Virus record (IMG/VR): IMGVR_UViG_3300008259_002461
Reading direction: 5' to 3' (one strand)
From: a virus
Lineage: Duplodnaviria > Caudoviricetes
Length of the DNA stretch: 64,000 nt
Shown: in pieces, positions 1 to 7,445 of the stretch
How the letters are laid out: every line of letters starts with the position of its first letter
Numbering within the stretch: the first letter of the stretch is position 1
The notes under the pieces: model-generated
Told to the model about the DNA's origin: nothing
Seen by the model: the letters and a program-made list of their open reading frames with translations, nothing else
Databases searched by the model: none
Program-made: the position numbers and the translations under genes

Positions 1-2
1 CC

Positions 3-230
3 GCTGATGGCAACGATGCAGATGTAGAGCGAGCAATTGAGCAGGGCATGAATGTTGCGGCAGTGTTCGATGAGATCCCCGCAGAGTACAAGGGTCGTCC
101 TGTGTTCAATGCAGACGAAACAGACCTGCGCTTCCTAGATCCCAAAGGTGCGGTGCTGGGCTTAAAGGCCAAAGGTCGTGCTAAGAAGGACTACACGGGG
201 TTCGTAATCCGCCTCAAAGCCGTAGCATAA
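3..230 (+). CDS. GP88-family phage protein, C-terminal part (5' truncated by window edge)
   Basis: Frame is open from base 3 to TAA at 228-230. The motif DETDLRFLDP..VLGLKAKGRAKKDYTGFV resembles phage gene-product-88 proteins. Confidence 0.55.
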   Translation, partial: ADGNDADVERAIEQGMNVAAVFDEIPAEYKGRPVFNADETDLRFLDPKGAVLGLKAKGRAKKDYTGFVIRLKAVA

Positions 231-245
231 ACGGTTAAAAAGAGG

Positions 246-274
246 TTGACAGCCTCACCCAAAGACAGTATAAT
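246..274 (+). promoter_or_regulatory. sigma70-type early promoter
   Basis: TTGACA(246-251)-17 nt-TATAAT(269-274), A-rich upstream, AAGGAG RBS before ATG 305. Confidence 0.9.
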
Positions 275-304
275 TAACGCTTAAACAGTAACAAGGAGCT
301 CCTA

Positions 305-688
305 ATGCCTAAAGCAAATTATGATCGTTTCGCCAGCTTTGATCTCAACGAAGCCTGTGATCACTTTGACTGTACCGATCAGAAAGCCTGGAAGAAGATC
401 CGTCCATTCATCGTAGCAGACGGAACAGACTACGAGACTGTGATGACAGAAGCCTTTGACTTCTACGATATCTCTGAAGAAGAGTTTGAAGCATTTGACG
501 CAGGTGTCAAGTATGCCCTGAGCAAGATGAACATTGCCTTTGAAAAGGCAGGCGTGGAGCTTCAGATATGTGAAGTAGACTTGGTAGATGCCCAGGGCTT
601 TATGATGGTTCGTTGCGATGACGAGCCCGAGGACTTCGTTAAGCGAGCCCTTAAGAAGCCCGTCCAGCAGGTAGACAGCTGGGTATAA
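305..688 (+). CDS. hypothetical early protein (127 aa, acidic)
   Basis: ORF with AAGGAG RBS directly behind a consensus promoter. Confidence 0.75.
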   Translation: MPKANYDRFASFDLNEACDHFDCTDQKAWKKIRPFIVADGTDYETVMTEAFDFYDISEEEFEAFDAGVKYALSKMNIAFEKAGVELQICEVDLVDAQGFMMVRCDDEPEDFVKRALKKPVQQVDSWV

Positions 689-727
689 GTGTGGCATAAA
701 AACAACACTAAAACGGCTAGAAAAAGG

Positions 728-756
728 TTGACAACCCTAGCCCAATTTGCTATACT
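728..756 (+). promoter_or_regulatory. sigma70-type early promoter
   Basis: TTGACA(728-733)-17 nt-TATACT(751-756) with TGn extension, AAGGAG RBS downstream. Confidence 0.9.
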
Positions 757-786
757 ATAGGCTAAGTTAAACAAAAGGAGCGACAC

Positions 787-1134
787 ATGACAGTAGAAAC
801 TTTCAACGCAGAACTAGTCCAAGACGCATGCAACCAAGCCCAACTGGCTGCTCGTAAAGCCGCTAAGGCATTCTACGATCAATATGGCGATCGTGACGCC
901 TGTGGCTTTGCTTGGGTAGATGTATACGGTGTTCGTTCAAACAGCCGCTTGGGCAAGACACTTCAGACGTTTGGCTTCCGCAAGAGCTACACAGGATCCT
1001 TGCAGTTATGGAACCCAAGTGGTGCAGGTGTGCAGAGTGTTAGTGTACTAGAAGCTGGCGCTGAAGCATATGCAAAGGTGCTCAAAGAGCAGTTGGGCTT
1101 AGAGAAGTGCTATGCAGGTAGCCGCTTAGATTGA
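787..1134 (+). CDS. conserved phage hypothetical protein (CGFAWV motif)
   Basis: ORF with promoter and RBS. The DACGFAWV...EAGAEAYAKVL pattern is typical of a phage early hypothetical family. Confidence 0.75.
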   Translation: MTVETFNAELVQDACNQAQLAARKAAKAFYDQYGDRDACGFAWVDVYGVRSNSRLGKTLQTFGFRKSYTGSLQLWNPSGAGVQSVSVLEAGAEAYAKVLKEQLGLEKCYAGSRLD

Positions 1135-1145
1135 TTAAAAAGAGG

Positions 1146-1174
1146 TTGACAGGGCACCCAAAGCCCTGTATAAT
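1146..1174 (+). promoter_or_regulatory. sigma70-type early promoter with internal inverted repeat
   Basis: TTGACA(1146-1151)-17 nt-TATAAT(1169-1174). ACAGGGC(1149-1155) and GCCCTGT(1163-1169) form an inverted repeat. Confidence 0.9.
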
Positions 1175-1206
1175 CATTACATGTTCAACAGTAAGAGGGT
1201 ACACAA

Positions 1207-1476
1207 ATGAAAGCACTAGAGAACTTTATTGCACAGAAGAATCATTGGAACAGCTTCTTCAAGGGCACACAGTATGAGATCACTACAGCAAAGGGCCGTC
1301 AGGCTGTAGCGGATATGATTGACTCAGCACTGAGCCCAGAGAACTTAACCTGTGATGGTGAGCTGCCTAGAGCAGAAGTTAATCGTCGCTACAAAGAACT
1401 AATGACTGCGGCCAAGCAGTTGAAGAAGCTGGACCCAGCTGTTACGTTCTACGAGTACGATGCGGAGGTAGCGTAA
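1207..1476 (+). CDS. hypothetical early protein (89 aa)
   Basis: ORF behind promoter with GAGGG RBS; stop overlaps the next start (TAATG). Confidence 0.75.
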   Translation: MKALENFIAQKNHWNSFFKGTQYEITTAKGRQAVADMIDSALSPENLTCDGELPRAEVNRRYKELMTAAKQLKKLDPAVTFYEYDAEVA

Positions 1477-1670
1477 TGGGTACGCCTTTGTATATGGATA
1501 TGAGCTGTGCTGTGCGCTTGGTGCAGGAGTATGCAGAGATACACACAGCAGGCGATGTGCTGGCTGCACTACAGGACATGGAGTGCTGTTACGATGACTT
1601 GGACAAAGAGGACAGGGTAGCCTACAGCATGTTCATGGCAGCAGGGCGCAAGATGTTTGCTCCGGCGTAA
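1476..1670 (+). CDS. hypothetical early protein (64 aa)
   Basis: GGAGG RBS and TAATG coupling to the upstream ORF. Confidence 0.7.
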   Translation: MGTPLYMDMSCAVRLVQEYAEIHTAGDVLAALQDMECCYDDLDKEDRVAYSMFMAAGRKMFAPA

Positions 1671-1699
1671 GAGATATATAGATATAGCTGTATAGTTTT

Positions 1700-1757
1700 A
1701 TCCCCCAGTCACTGGCCCTGCAACACGCTTGGGATCCTCACTGGGGGATTTCTTTTG
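1700..1757 (+). terminator. long stem-loop / likely intrinsic terminator ending the early cluster
   Basis: ATCCCCCAGT(1700-1709) pairs with ACTGGGGGAT(1740-1749); 30-nt loop; followed by TTCTTTT. Confidence 0.55.
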
Positions 1758-1993
1758 AAAAATATTTCGACGGTCGGGGCATAGAAAATAAAAAAAATTT
1801 CTCGAGGGGTGGGGGGCTTATATATTAAAAGTGTTGCTAAAAAGCCACAGTCCTTAAGCCAAATTTTTTACCGCTTTTTAAAAACACACCGAGTCTAAAT
1901 CACCACCTCACTTCTGTAAGTACTTCTATATAAAAAAATGCGCGACCAATTTTTTTACTCACAGGACCCATTTCGGGTACGCTAAGTCTATTC

Positions 1994-2020
1994 AAAGAAA
2001 AAGCCCTACGAATAGAGCTT
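1994..2020 (-). terminator. intrinsic terminator (UUCG loop)
   Basis: Minus strand AAGCTCTA-TTCG-TAGGGCTT followed by TTTCTTT. Confidence 0.75.
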
Positions 2021-2069
2021 AAGGTTGCGGGCATGTCCCGTATAGATGTTCAACAGTGATCAAACTTGA

Positions 2070-2141
2070 TTAGTTTGGTGGATTCTCACAGTGACATAGT
2101 TTTGCTTGGGGTTTGTGATCCAAATACTCTACAGTATACAT
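2070..2141 (-). CDS. putative 23-aa peptide MYTVEYLDHKPQAKLCHCENPPN (not in ORF track)
   Basis: GGAGG RBS 5 nt before ATG, TAAATA motif at 2180-2185 upstream, UUCG terminator downstream. Confidence 0.4.
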   Translation of the reverse strand: MYTVEYLDHKPQAKLCHCENPPN

Positions 2142-2284
2142 AGTAACCTCCAATACACAGTTCTAGTTCTGTGTACAAGTATTTACAATAAATCTATACA
2201 TTCTTGCTTGATATAGGCCACATCTACTCTCAGTAAAAACGCTAAGTACTTCCCTAAATTTTTTTGCGCAGTATTTTTTTTTGA

Positions 2285-2764
2285 CTACAGACTCTGAACT
2301 CTGCTAGCAATGTCTGAACTCACAGCACCCACTATCTTATTGTGATCAGCATTTATTTGCACGGGCGTTCCGCCCTGTGGTTTGTAGGGTGGCAACCCCT
2401 TAGAGCGTAGTATACCATCCAATTCTTGCTGTTGATAGTAGTTAACATATGAACCCTGTATAGTGCCTTCCAATCTGTTCAGTGTTGTTGGATAAGCAGC
2501 TATGAGTATACTCAACACGGGCTGTAACTGCGGATTCAACTGCATAACTGTGGCTGCACCAGCACTATAGCCAATCAATACCAATTGTTTAGGCTGTTGC
2601 TTCTTTACTAGCTCTAGTGCCCTAACACCCTGTGTGTGATCCAGTATTGTACCGTTTAATTTTTGTGTAAGTTGTGCTAGAGCACCGTTACCTTCAGCAC
2701 CGTGCGCTAGCCCTTTAAATGCTATTACCATTGGAGCTTGAGCTAGTATTTCATATAATTTCAT
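2285..2764 (-). CDS. alpha/beta-hydrolase-like protein (GxSxG)
   Basis: LVLIGYSAGAAT nucleophile elbow and C-terminal His (ADHNKIV). Start set at MKLYEI (2764), 5 nt after TAAATA at 2770-2775. Confidence 0.65.
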   Translation of the reverse strand: MKLYEILAQAPMVIAFKGLAHGAEGNGALAQLTQKLNGTILDHTQGVRALELVKKQQPKQLVLIGYSAGAATVMQLNPQLQPVLSILIAAYPTTLNRLEGTIQGSYVNYYQQQELDGILRSKGLPPYKPQGGTPVQINADHNKIVGAVSSDIASRVQSL

Positions 2765-2861
2765 GTTAATATTTATTTTGTACGCACATACATATTCTAA
2801 ATTTTTGCACACTAGAACCTATTTCGATATATAGTGTATAACACCTCTTAAGGATCCGCTC

Positions 2862-3017
2862 ATGCACATACTGTATACTCTATTGCTAGGAACGCTGTTA
2901 GCTGTGCTATTATCTAGCCCTCTGCTAGGATTAGCTGTTGCTGTTATTACTGTTCTACAACTAGTACGACTAGCTTGGCAGTGTAGAAACGATCCTTGGG
3001 ATCCATCATTATACTAA
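2862..3017 (+). CDS. small hydrophobic membrane protein (51 aa; not in ORF track)
   Basis: TAAGGA RBS; translates MHILYTLLLGTLLAVLLSSPLLGLAVAVITVLQLVRLAWQCRNDPWDPSLY. Confidence 0.55.
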   Translation: MHILYTLLLGTLLAVLLSSPLLGLAVAVITVLQLVRLAWQCRNDPWDPSLY

Positions 3018-3025
3018 GGAACACC

Positions 3026-3196
3026 ATGGACTACGATCACAACATTATTCTAACACCCAAAGGGCAGTATGTCTACAATCCAGACAATGACTGCTACTGT
3101 AGATTATACACTGAGCAAGATCTAACTCATTGGAGTAAGTTTGGATGGCTCTACATCATCCTGGTCTTGGCTGCGCTCTGTTATAGTGTAACTTAG
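3026..3196 (+). CDS. small protein with C-terminal TM helix (56 aa)
   Basis: AAGGA RBS before ATG 3026; hydrophobic tail FGWLYIILVLAALC. Confidence 0.55.
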   Translation: MDYDHNIILTPKGQYVYNPDNDCYCRLYTEQDLTHWSKFGWLYIILVLAALCYSVT

Positions 3197-3331
3197 GCTT
3201 CTGCAAGTTAGATCTGCGTCAGGCCCAGGCTGCATTATGGCCATTTGCTCTACGCATTCATACTGTGTAGTGTACGTACCTAAATTCACTGTTGCAGTTG
3301 CAGTGAGCATTGTTAATATCCATACCAACAT
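3122..3331 (-). CDS. putative small secreted protein (69 aa)
   Basis: AAGGA RBS, upstream TAAATA, signal-like N-terminus, two Cys. Overlaps the 3' end of the convergent ORF by 75 nt. Confidence 0.4.
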   Translation of the reverse strand: MLVWILTMLTATATVNLGTYTTQYECVEQMAIMQPGPDADLTCRSLSYTITERSQDQDDVEPSKLTPMS

Positions 3332-3375
3332 ACGTGTTCCTTTGTGTAATAAAAATTATTTAGTAATACTCTAAC

Positions 3376-3582
3376 ATGCGACACTACTGCATATACACTA
3401 GCCAACTCACAGCCACAGTACTAAAAGATCTAGAACTGTATGGTGTACCATTTGAACTACATCTGAATCGCACACGCTTTTGGCTGGATGTAGACACAGT
3501 GCCTGCTCATGCATTGGTTTATATCAAGTACAGTCGCGTACTGCACGATATAAGCCATGAACCTATTACACCTGGCTGTTAA
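3376..3582 (+). CDS. hypothetical protein (68 aa)
   Basis: Plausible globular composition (ELHLNRTRFWL); no competing long ORF. Confidence 0.55.
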   Translation: MRHYCIYTSQLTATVLKDLELYGVPFELHLNRTRFWLDVDTVPAHALVYIKYSRVLHDISHEPITPGC

Positions 3583-3919
3583 AACGTCATCTTTTTGTGA
3601 ATCGCTATTTGCGGGGTATTCTATAGCTATGCAAATAGCCTACAGTGGTGGTTGTGCAGTTTCAGCTATTATATATGAGGGCTTGTACTATGTGTTATCT
3701 GCGCTGTCGGTACCGCAAATTTTTTGCGTTGTACCGCTTCGCGGCTCTAGCGTTTACCGCTGCGCTCCGCGCTACACGAACAGGGCTACGAAGATGGCCG
3801 CTAGTGCCAGCAGTAAAACAGCGAACTCAGTCATCTGTGAACTGTCCCCAAATGATCAGTAGTGCTGCCAGTGCCACAATGATTAAACTGCCAATTTCCA
3901 CGGGTGTCATGATTGCTCC

Positions 3920-5497
3920 TTAGTCACGCAGGGTTATCTGTGTGCTTGCTACTATGGTTCCTGCGATACTGCCTGTGCGCAGATTCACTGTGATGGTTTC
4001 GTTGCCCTCAGTGACCCCATCAAATGTAACTGCTGTAGAAAACGATCCCGCAGAGTCCGTGATGATGAATGAACCTGAAGTGGTCACTAGGTCAGTGCTG
4101 GTTGTGGTCCAGTACAGCTGGGTATTGTTGGGTACATCGGTGGTGTTTACACGGAATACTATGGTGTCGCCTTCGTAGGCATAGTCCACCGTCCTGGGTC
4201 GGACCGCAAACTGCACATGCCCCGCAGTACCAGAACTGCCCGCTGGAAATGCGCTAGCCAGTGTGCCCGAAGCTCCTGCAAGTGCTTGTGTTCTGCGATA
4301 CACAGCCATGCGACCCGTGGGTGAACCACCTGTGGTAAAATCTGAGATTATAGCTGTCCAAGGTGAGCTCTGTGCGGTGGCTGCTCCTGAGGCATTTTGG
4401 CTGGCTGCGAAGCTGACTATCACAGCATTGTTGGCTGAGGTAGTCACGCTGGGTGCTGTGGCCGTGCTGGTGCCAGCGGCCGTGCCCACCGCGCCAATAC
4501 TGTCCCATTCTGCGTTCCTAAATCCCAAGGTAATCATGGCAGCACTCTGCACACCATCCCACGACACGAATTGGCTTCTGTCCGCATCTCCTGTGACAGC
4601 GGTCTTATAAGCCACCACTAGATTAGGTGGTGTTTGTGTGTCCAGGATCTCAGTCCAAGCGAACTGCCCTGTACCGCCCACAAAGGTATTTTGTGGTCCG
4701 GCAGAGTTGCCCGACACTAATATCGCCAATAGGTCGTCAGCTCGTATGGAAGAGCTCAAGGTAAATGAATTGAAGCCGCTACTCAAATTGTTGCGGGTTG
4801 AACCAGCATCATAATAAATTATTCCAGGTTCTACAGAGTATGTGGGTACTAGGATATTCAAGCTCTCACCGATCACAAAGTTGGTTGAATTTCCCGTGTC
4901 GTCCACTTCTACATAGGTGCTGGTGCGAGCGGTGATCGCGGTGATTGTGGTGCGTGTTCCTGACGTTCTGCCTTCGATGGTTCTGGGCACACTTGGATTC
5001 GATGCAAACACACCGTTGATCTGCATGCTGGTTCCACCAATAATTGAGCGCACGGTGGTGGCTGTGTCATTGTCATCTAACCAAAGCGTTGTGGTAGGAT
5101 CGTTGCTGGTATCGTTGACAAGGGCACTAGCACTGGCACTGAGTGTGCTGGTACCTGCACTGTCTGTGGCTGCAAGAGTTATTGTAAAGACGTCTGTACC
5201 TTCTGTAAGCCCGTCGTTGGCTATACCAAATGTTGCAGAGCCAGTGTTTGAGTTTATAGTTATAGTACCAGTTAATGATCCTGAGCTTAGATCACCACTG
5301 CTGACGCCTGTCACGGTATAGCCCACTGTAACACCATCAGTTACTCGCAGTGTGGTCACTGTGGCTGTGATAGTGGTACCCTCGTTGGTAGTAGTGGGTG
5401 CCAAACTGATACCTAAATATTCAGGCGCAGTTTCAGGGCTGGTATAAGTAATAGTGCCCAACAACAGTTGGCTGGTTAATGAAGCTAATCTTGGCAT
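3920..5497 (-). CDS. Thr/Ser/Gly-rich beta-sandwich virion/adhesin-like protein (525 aa)
   Basis: Repeated NEG/EGD..T..T Ig/Calx-beta-like segments at both ends; TAAATA 4 nt upstream of ATG. Confidence 0.65.
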   Translation of the reverse strand: MPRLASLTSQLLLGTITYTSPETAPEYLGISLAPTTTNEGTTITATVTTLRVTDGVTVGYTVTGVSSGDLSSGSLTGTITINSNTGSATFGIANDGLTEGTDVFTITLAATDSAGTSTLSASASALVNDTSNDPTTTLWLDDNDTATTVRSIIGGTSMQINGVFASNPSVPRTIEGRTSGTRTTITAITARTSTYVEVDDTGNSTNFVIGESLNILVPTYSVEPGIIYYDAGSTRNNLSSGFNSFTLSSSIRADDLLAILVSGNSAGPQNTFVGGTGQFAWTEILDTQTPPNLVVAYKTAVTGDADRSQFVSWDGVQSAAMITLGFRNAEWDSIGAVGTAAGTSTATAPSVTTSANNAVIVSFAASQNASGAATAQSSPWTAIISDFTTGGSPTGRMAVYRRTQALAGASGTLASAFPAGSSGTAGHVQFAVRPRTVDYAYEGDTIVFRVNTTDVPNNTQLYWTTTSTDLVTTSGSFIITDSAGSFSTAVTFDGVTEGNETITVNLRTGSIAGTIVASTQITLRD

Positions 5498-5506
5498 ACA
5501 CTATTT

Positions 5507-6037
5507 ATGAACAAATTATTATCTGAACAATATCGCAAGGTACTAGAACAGGAACACGCTGACTCCGAGTGGGGAGTCACTGGGTGGGGCCAAGCACCTC
5601 ACGTACACAAGATCATGGCGCAAGAAGGTCTGGGTACACTACTGGACTATGGTAGTGGTCATGGTAGACTAGGACATTGGTTTGCTAAGAACGCACCTGA
5701 AATAGATCTAAGAGAATATGAACCGGGAATACCCGAACGTGCTGCTATGCCTAACCCTGCTGAGATGGTGGCTTGCATAGATGTAATGGAACACATAGAG
5801 CCAGAGTGTGTGATTGCTGTGCTGGATCATATCCAAAGTTTAGCACAGCGTAGAGTCTATTTTAACATCAGTATGCGACTTGCTGGCCGAATTCTTAATG
5901 ATGGGCGTAACGCACATCTAACTATACAACCTCAAAAATGGTGGACAGCTCTGCTTAGGGAACGCTGGAATGAAACTGGTTTTTCTCTAGCTAAAGATAA
6001 AACCAATCTTACTTGGATAGGCTCATTCCGAGCCTAG
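5507..6037 (+). CDS. class I SAM-dependent methyltransferase
   Basis: LLDYGSGHG motif I; CIDVMEHI motif. Confidence 0.85.
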   Translation: MNKLLSEQYRKVLEQEHADSEWGVTGWGQAPHVHKIMAQEGLGTLLDYGSGHGRLGHWFAKNAPEIDLREYEPGIPERAAMPNPAEMVACIDVMEHIEPECVIAVLDHIQSLAQRRVYFNISMRLAGRILNDGRNAHLTIQPQKWWTALLRERWNETGFSLAKDKTNLTWIGSFRA

Positions 6038-7441
6038 GTTATTTAAGAACTGTCGCAGTTTAGTTGAGTCTACATCAGCTTTGATTTTTGGTGCCGCTAC
6101 ACCTTCATCGGGTGCTTCAGCAATAACACCTGCGCTCTTACGCTGTAGTGCAGCCACAATAGAACTAGCTGAGCCATTGCTTGATGATTGCGATCCAGAC
6201 TCATCCTGTTCGCAGTCTATAATACGCAGTGTGTCTACATCAAACTCTAGATCAACCTTAGATCCTACACCACTTGATGAACGTGTCTTCATAAGCTGAA
6301 TCTGATAACGTCCACGTTCACGCATAGCACGACTTGTAAAGATACCAATCACATTGTCTGCTGTTTGAATCTTAGATAAGCCACCGCTGATCATGCTGTG
6401 ATCAAATTCAATTTCTTCAACGGCACTACGATTCAACTGCGATGCTGTTACAAATACTGTGCGCAGTTCCATAGCCAAGTTGCGCAGTTCTTCTGACACA
6501 TACTTGTCCTTGATAAACAAGTTCTCTGCACTTACCTTAACACCATTGGGCATCAGCAAGTCCAAATAGTCAATTAGTAGTACGTCAATTCTGCGATTGG
6601 TCTTGATCTCATACTCTTTAACATATGAACGTATGTCGTTGGGTGTCTTGCCTGATGGCATGTACTTGACTTGAAACGCACCGCTCTTCTTACCAATCAT
6701 CTTAACCTTCATTTCAACATCGTCAATGTTCTTAAAGATGTCTCGAGTAGTAACGCCTGTGATCATACTGTCCACACGCATACTGACCAAGTTCTCTGAA
6801 AGTTCGAATGTTAAGTACAGCACATTGAGTCCTGCCTGCGCCCAGTTAACACCAAGGTTAGCCAAGAACAAACTCTTACCTGCACCCGAACCGCCTGCAA
6901 AGATATTCAACTCACCTCTGTTGAATCCGCCAAACAGTTTCTTGTCAAGACTGGCCCAGCCTGTGCTCACTTGTCCGTTCTTGTCTTTGATGGCCTCTAG
7001 TCGACTTCTAGGATCAGCAAAGTAGTCAGTGCCCAGATCTTTCTGAAGTCCAATCTGTACAGCCTTCTTAACTAGATCTTCTACAGGACCATATTCGCCC
7101 TTTTCAAGTAGGTCTGCGCTTTTAAGGATTGCGGCTTCTAGTGCTTTGTGTCTGCTAAAGGTTTCGAACTCTACGAGTAACCAATCATAGTGTTCCTCAC
7201 GGAGTTCACCTGGATGGTGCAGATCTGTTTTCGCTGCCGCATTGATCATGTCAAAGGTTGGCATGGCGTTGTGTTCTGTAACATAGTCGTTCAAAAACTT
7301 AGCCGCGGACTGCAACCTTCTATCAAAAAATTCTGGATTAAAAACTGTTTGACAACGGATAAAGCTCTCAGCATCCATCATCATCATTTCTAGATATACT
7401 TTTTGTATATCGTAACTGTAGTCTGTATTTTGTCTAGTCAT
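6023..7441 (-). CDS. gp41: replicative DNA helicase (T4 gp41/DnaB-like)
   Basis: Walker A GGSGAGKS, Walker B LLIDYLDL, TASQLNR. Start placed at MTRQ (7441), 6 nt after TATACT. Confidence 0.93.
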   Translation of the reverse strand: MTRQNTDYSYDIQKVYLEMMMMDAESFIRCQTVFNPEFFDRRLQSAAKFLNDYVTEHNAMPTFDMINAAAKTDLHHPGELREEHYDWLLVEFETFSRHKALEAAILKSADLLEKGEYGPVEDLVKKAVQIGLQKDLGTDYFADPRSRLEAIKDKNGQVSTGWASLDKKLFGGFNRGELNIFAGGSGAGKSLFLANLGVNWAQAGLNVLYLTFELSENLVSMRVDSMITGVTTRDIFKNIDDVEMKVKMIGKKSGAFQVKYMPSGKTPNDIRSYVKEYEIKTNRRIDVLLIDYLDLLMPNGVKVSAENLFIKDKYVSEELRNLAMELRTVFVTASQLNRSAVEEIEFDHSMISGGLSKIQTADNVIGIFTSRAMRERGRYQIQLMKTRSSSGVGSKVDLEFDVDTLRIIDCEQDESGSQSSSNGSASSIVAALQRKSAGVIAEAPDEGVAAPKIKADVDSTKLRQFLNNLGSE

Positions 7442-7445
7442 TGTA

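Noticed and set aside
302-786. Minus-strand ORFs 302-697 and 562-786
   Set aside because: They are antisense shadows of promoter- and RBS-supported plus-strand genes and have no expression signals.
231-1206. Repeat-spacer pattern resembling a CRISPR array
   Set aside because: The repeats are degenerate promoters separated by whole genes of 350-480 nt, not by ~30-40-nt spacers.
1700-1757. Possible tRNA or riboswitch in the long stem-loop
   Set aside because: No cloverleaf, T-loop or known aptamer consensus could be matched; kept only as a terminator-like hairpin.
3557-3923. ORFs 3557-3862 and 3645-3923
   Set aside because: No RBS, atypical composition, mutually overlapping and running through a hairpin-rich region; treated as non-coding.
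3942-5321. Several plus-strand ORFs over the 525-aa adhesin gene (also shadows over helicase, sheath, GroEL and others)
   Set aside because: Antisense frames left open by Thr/Ser/Gly codon bias.
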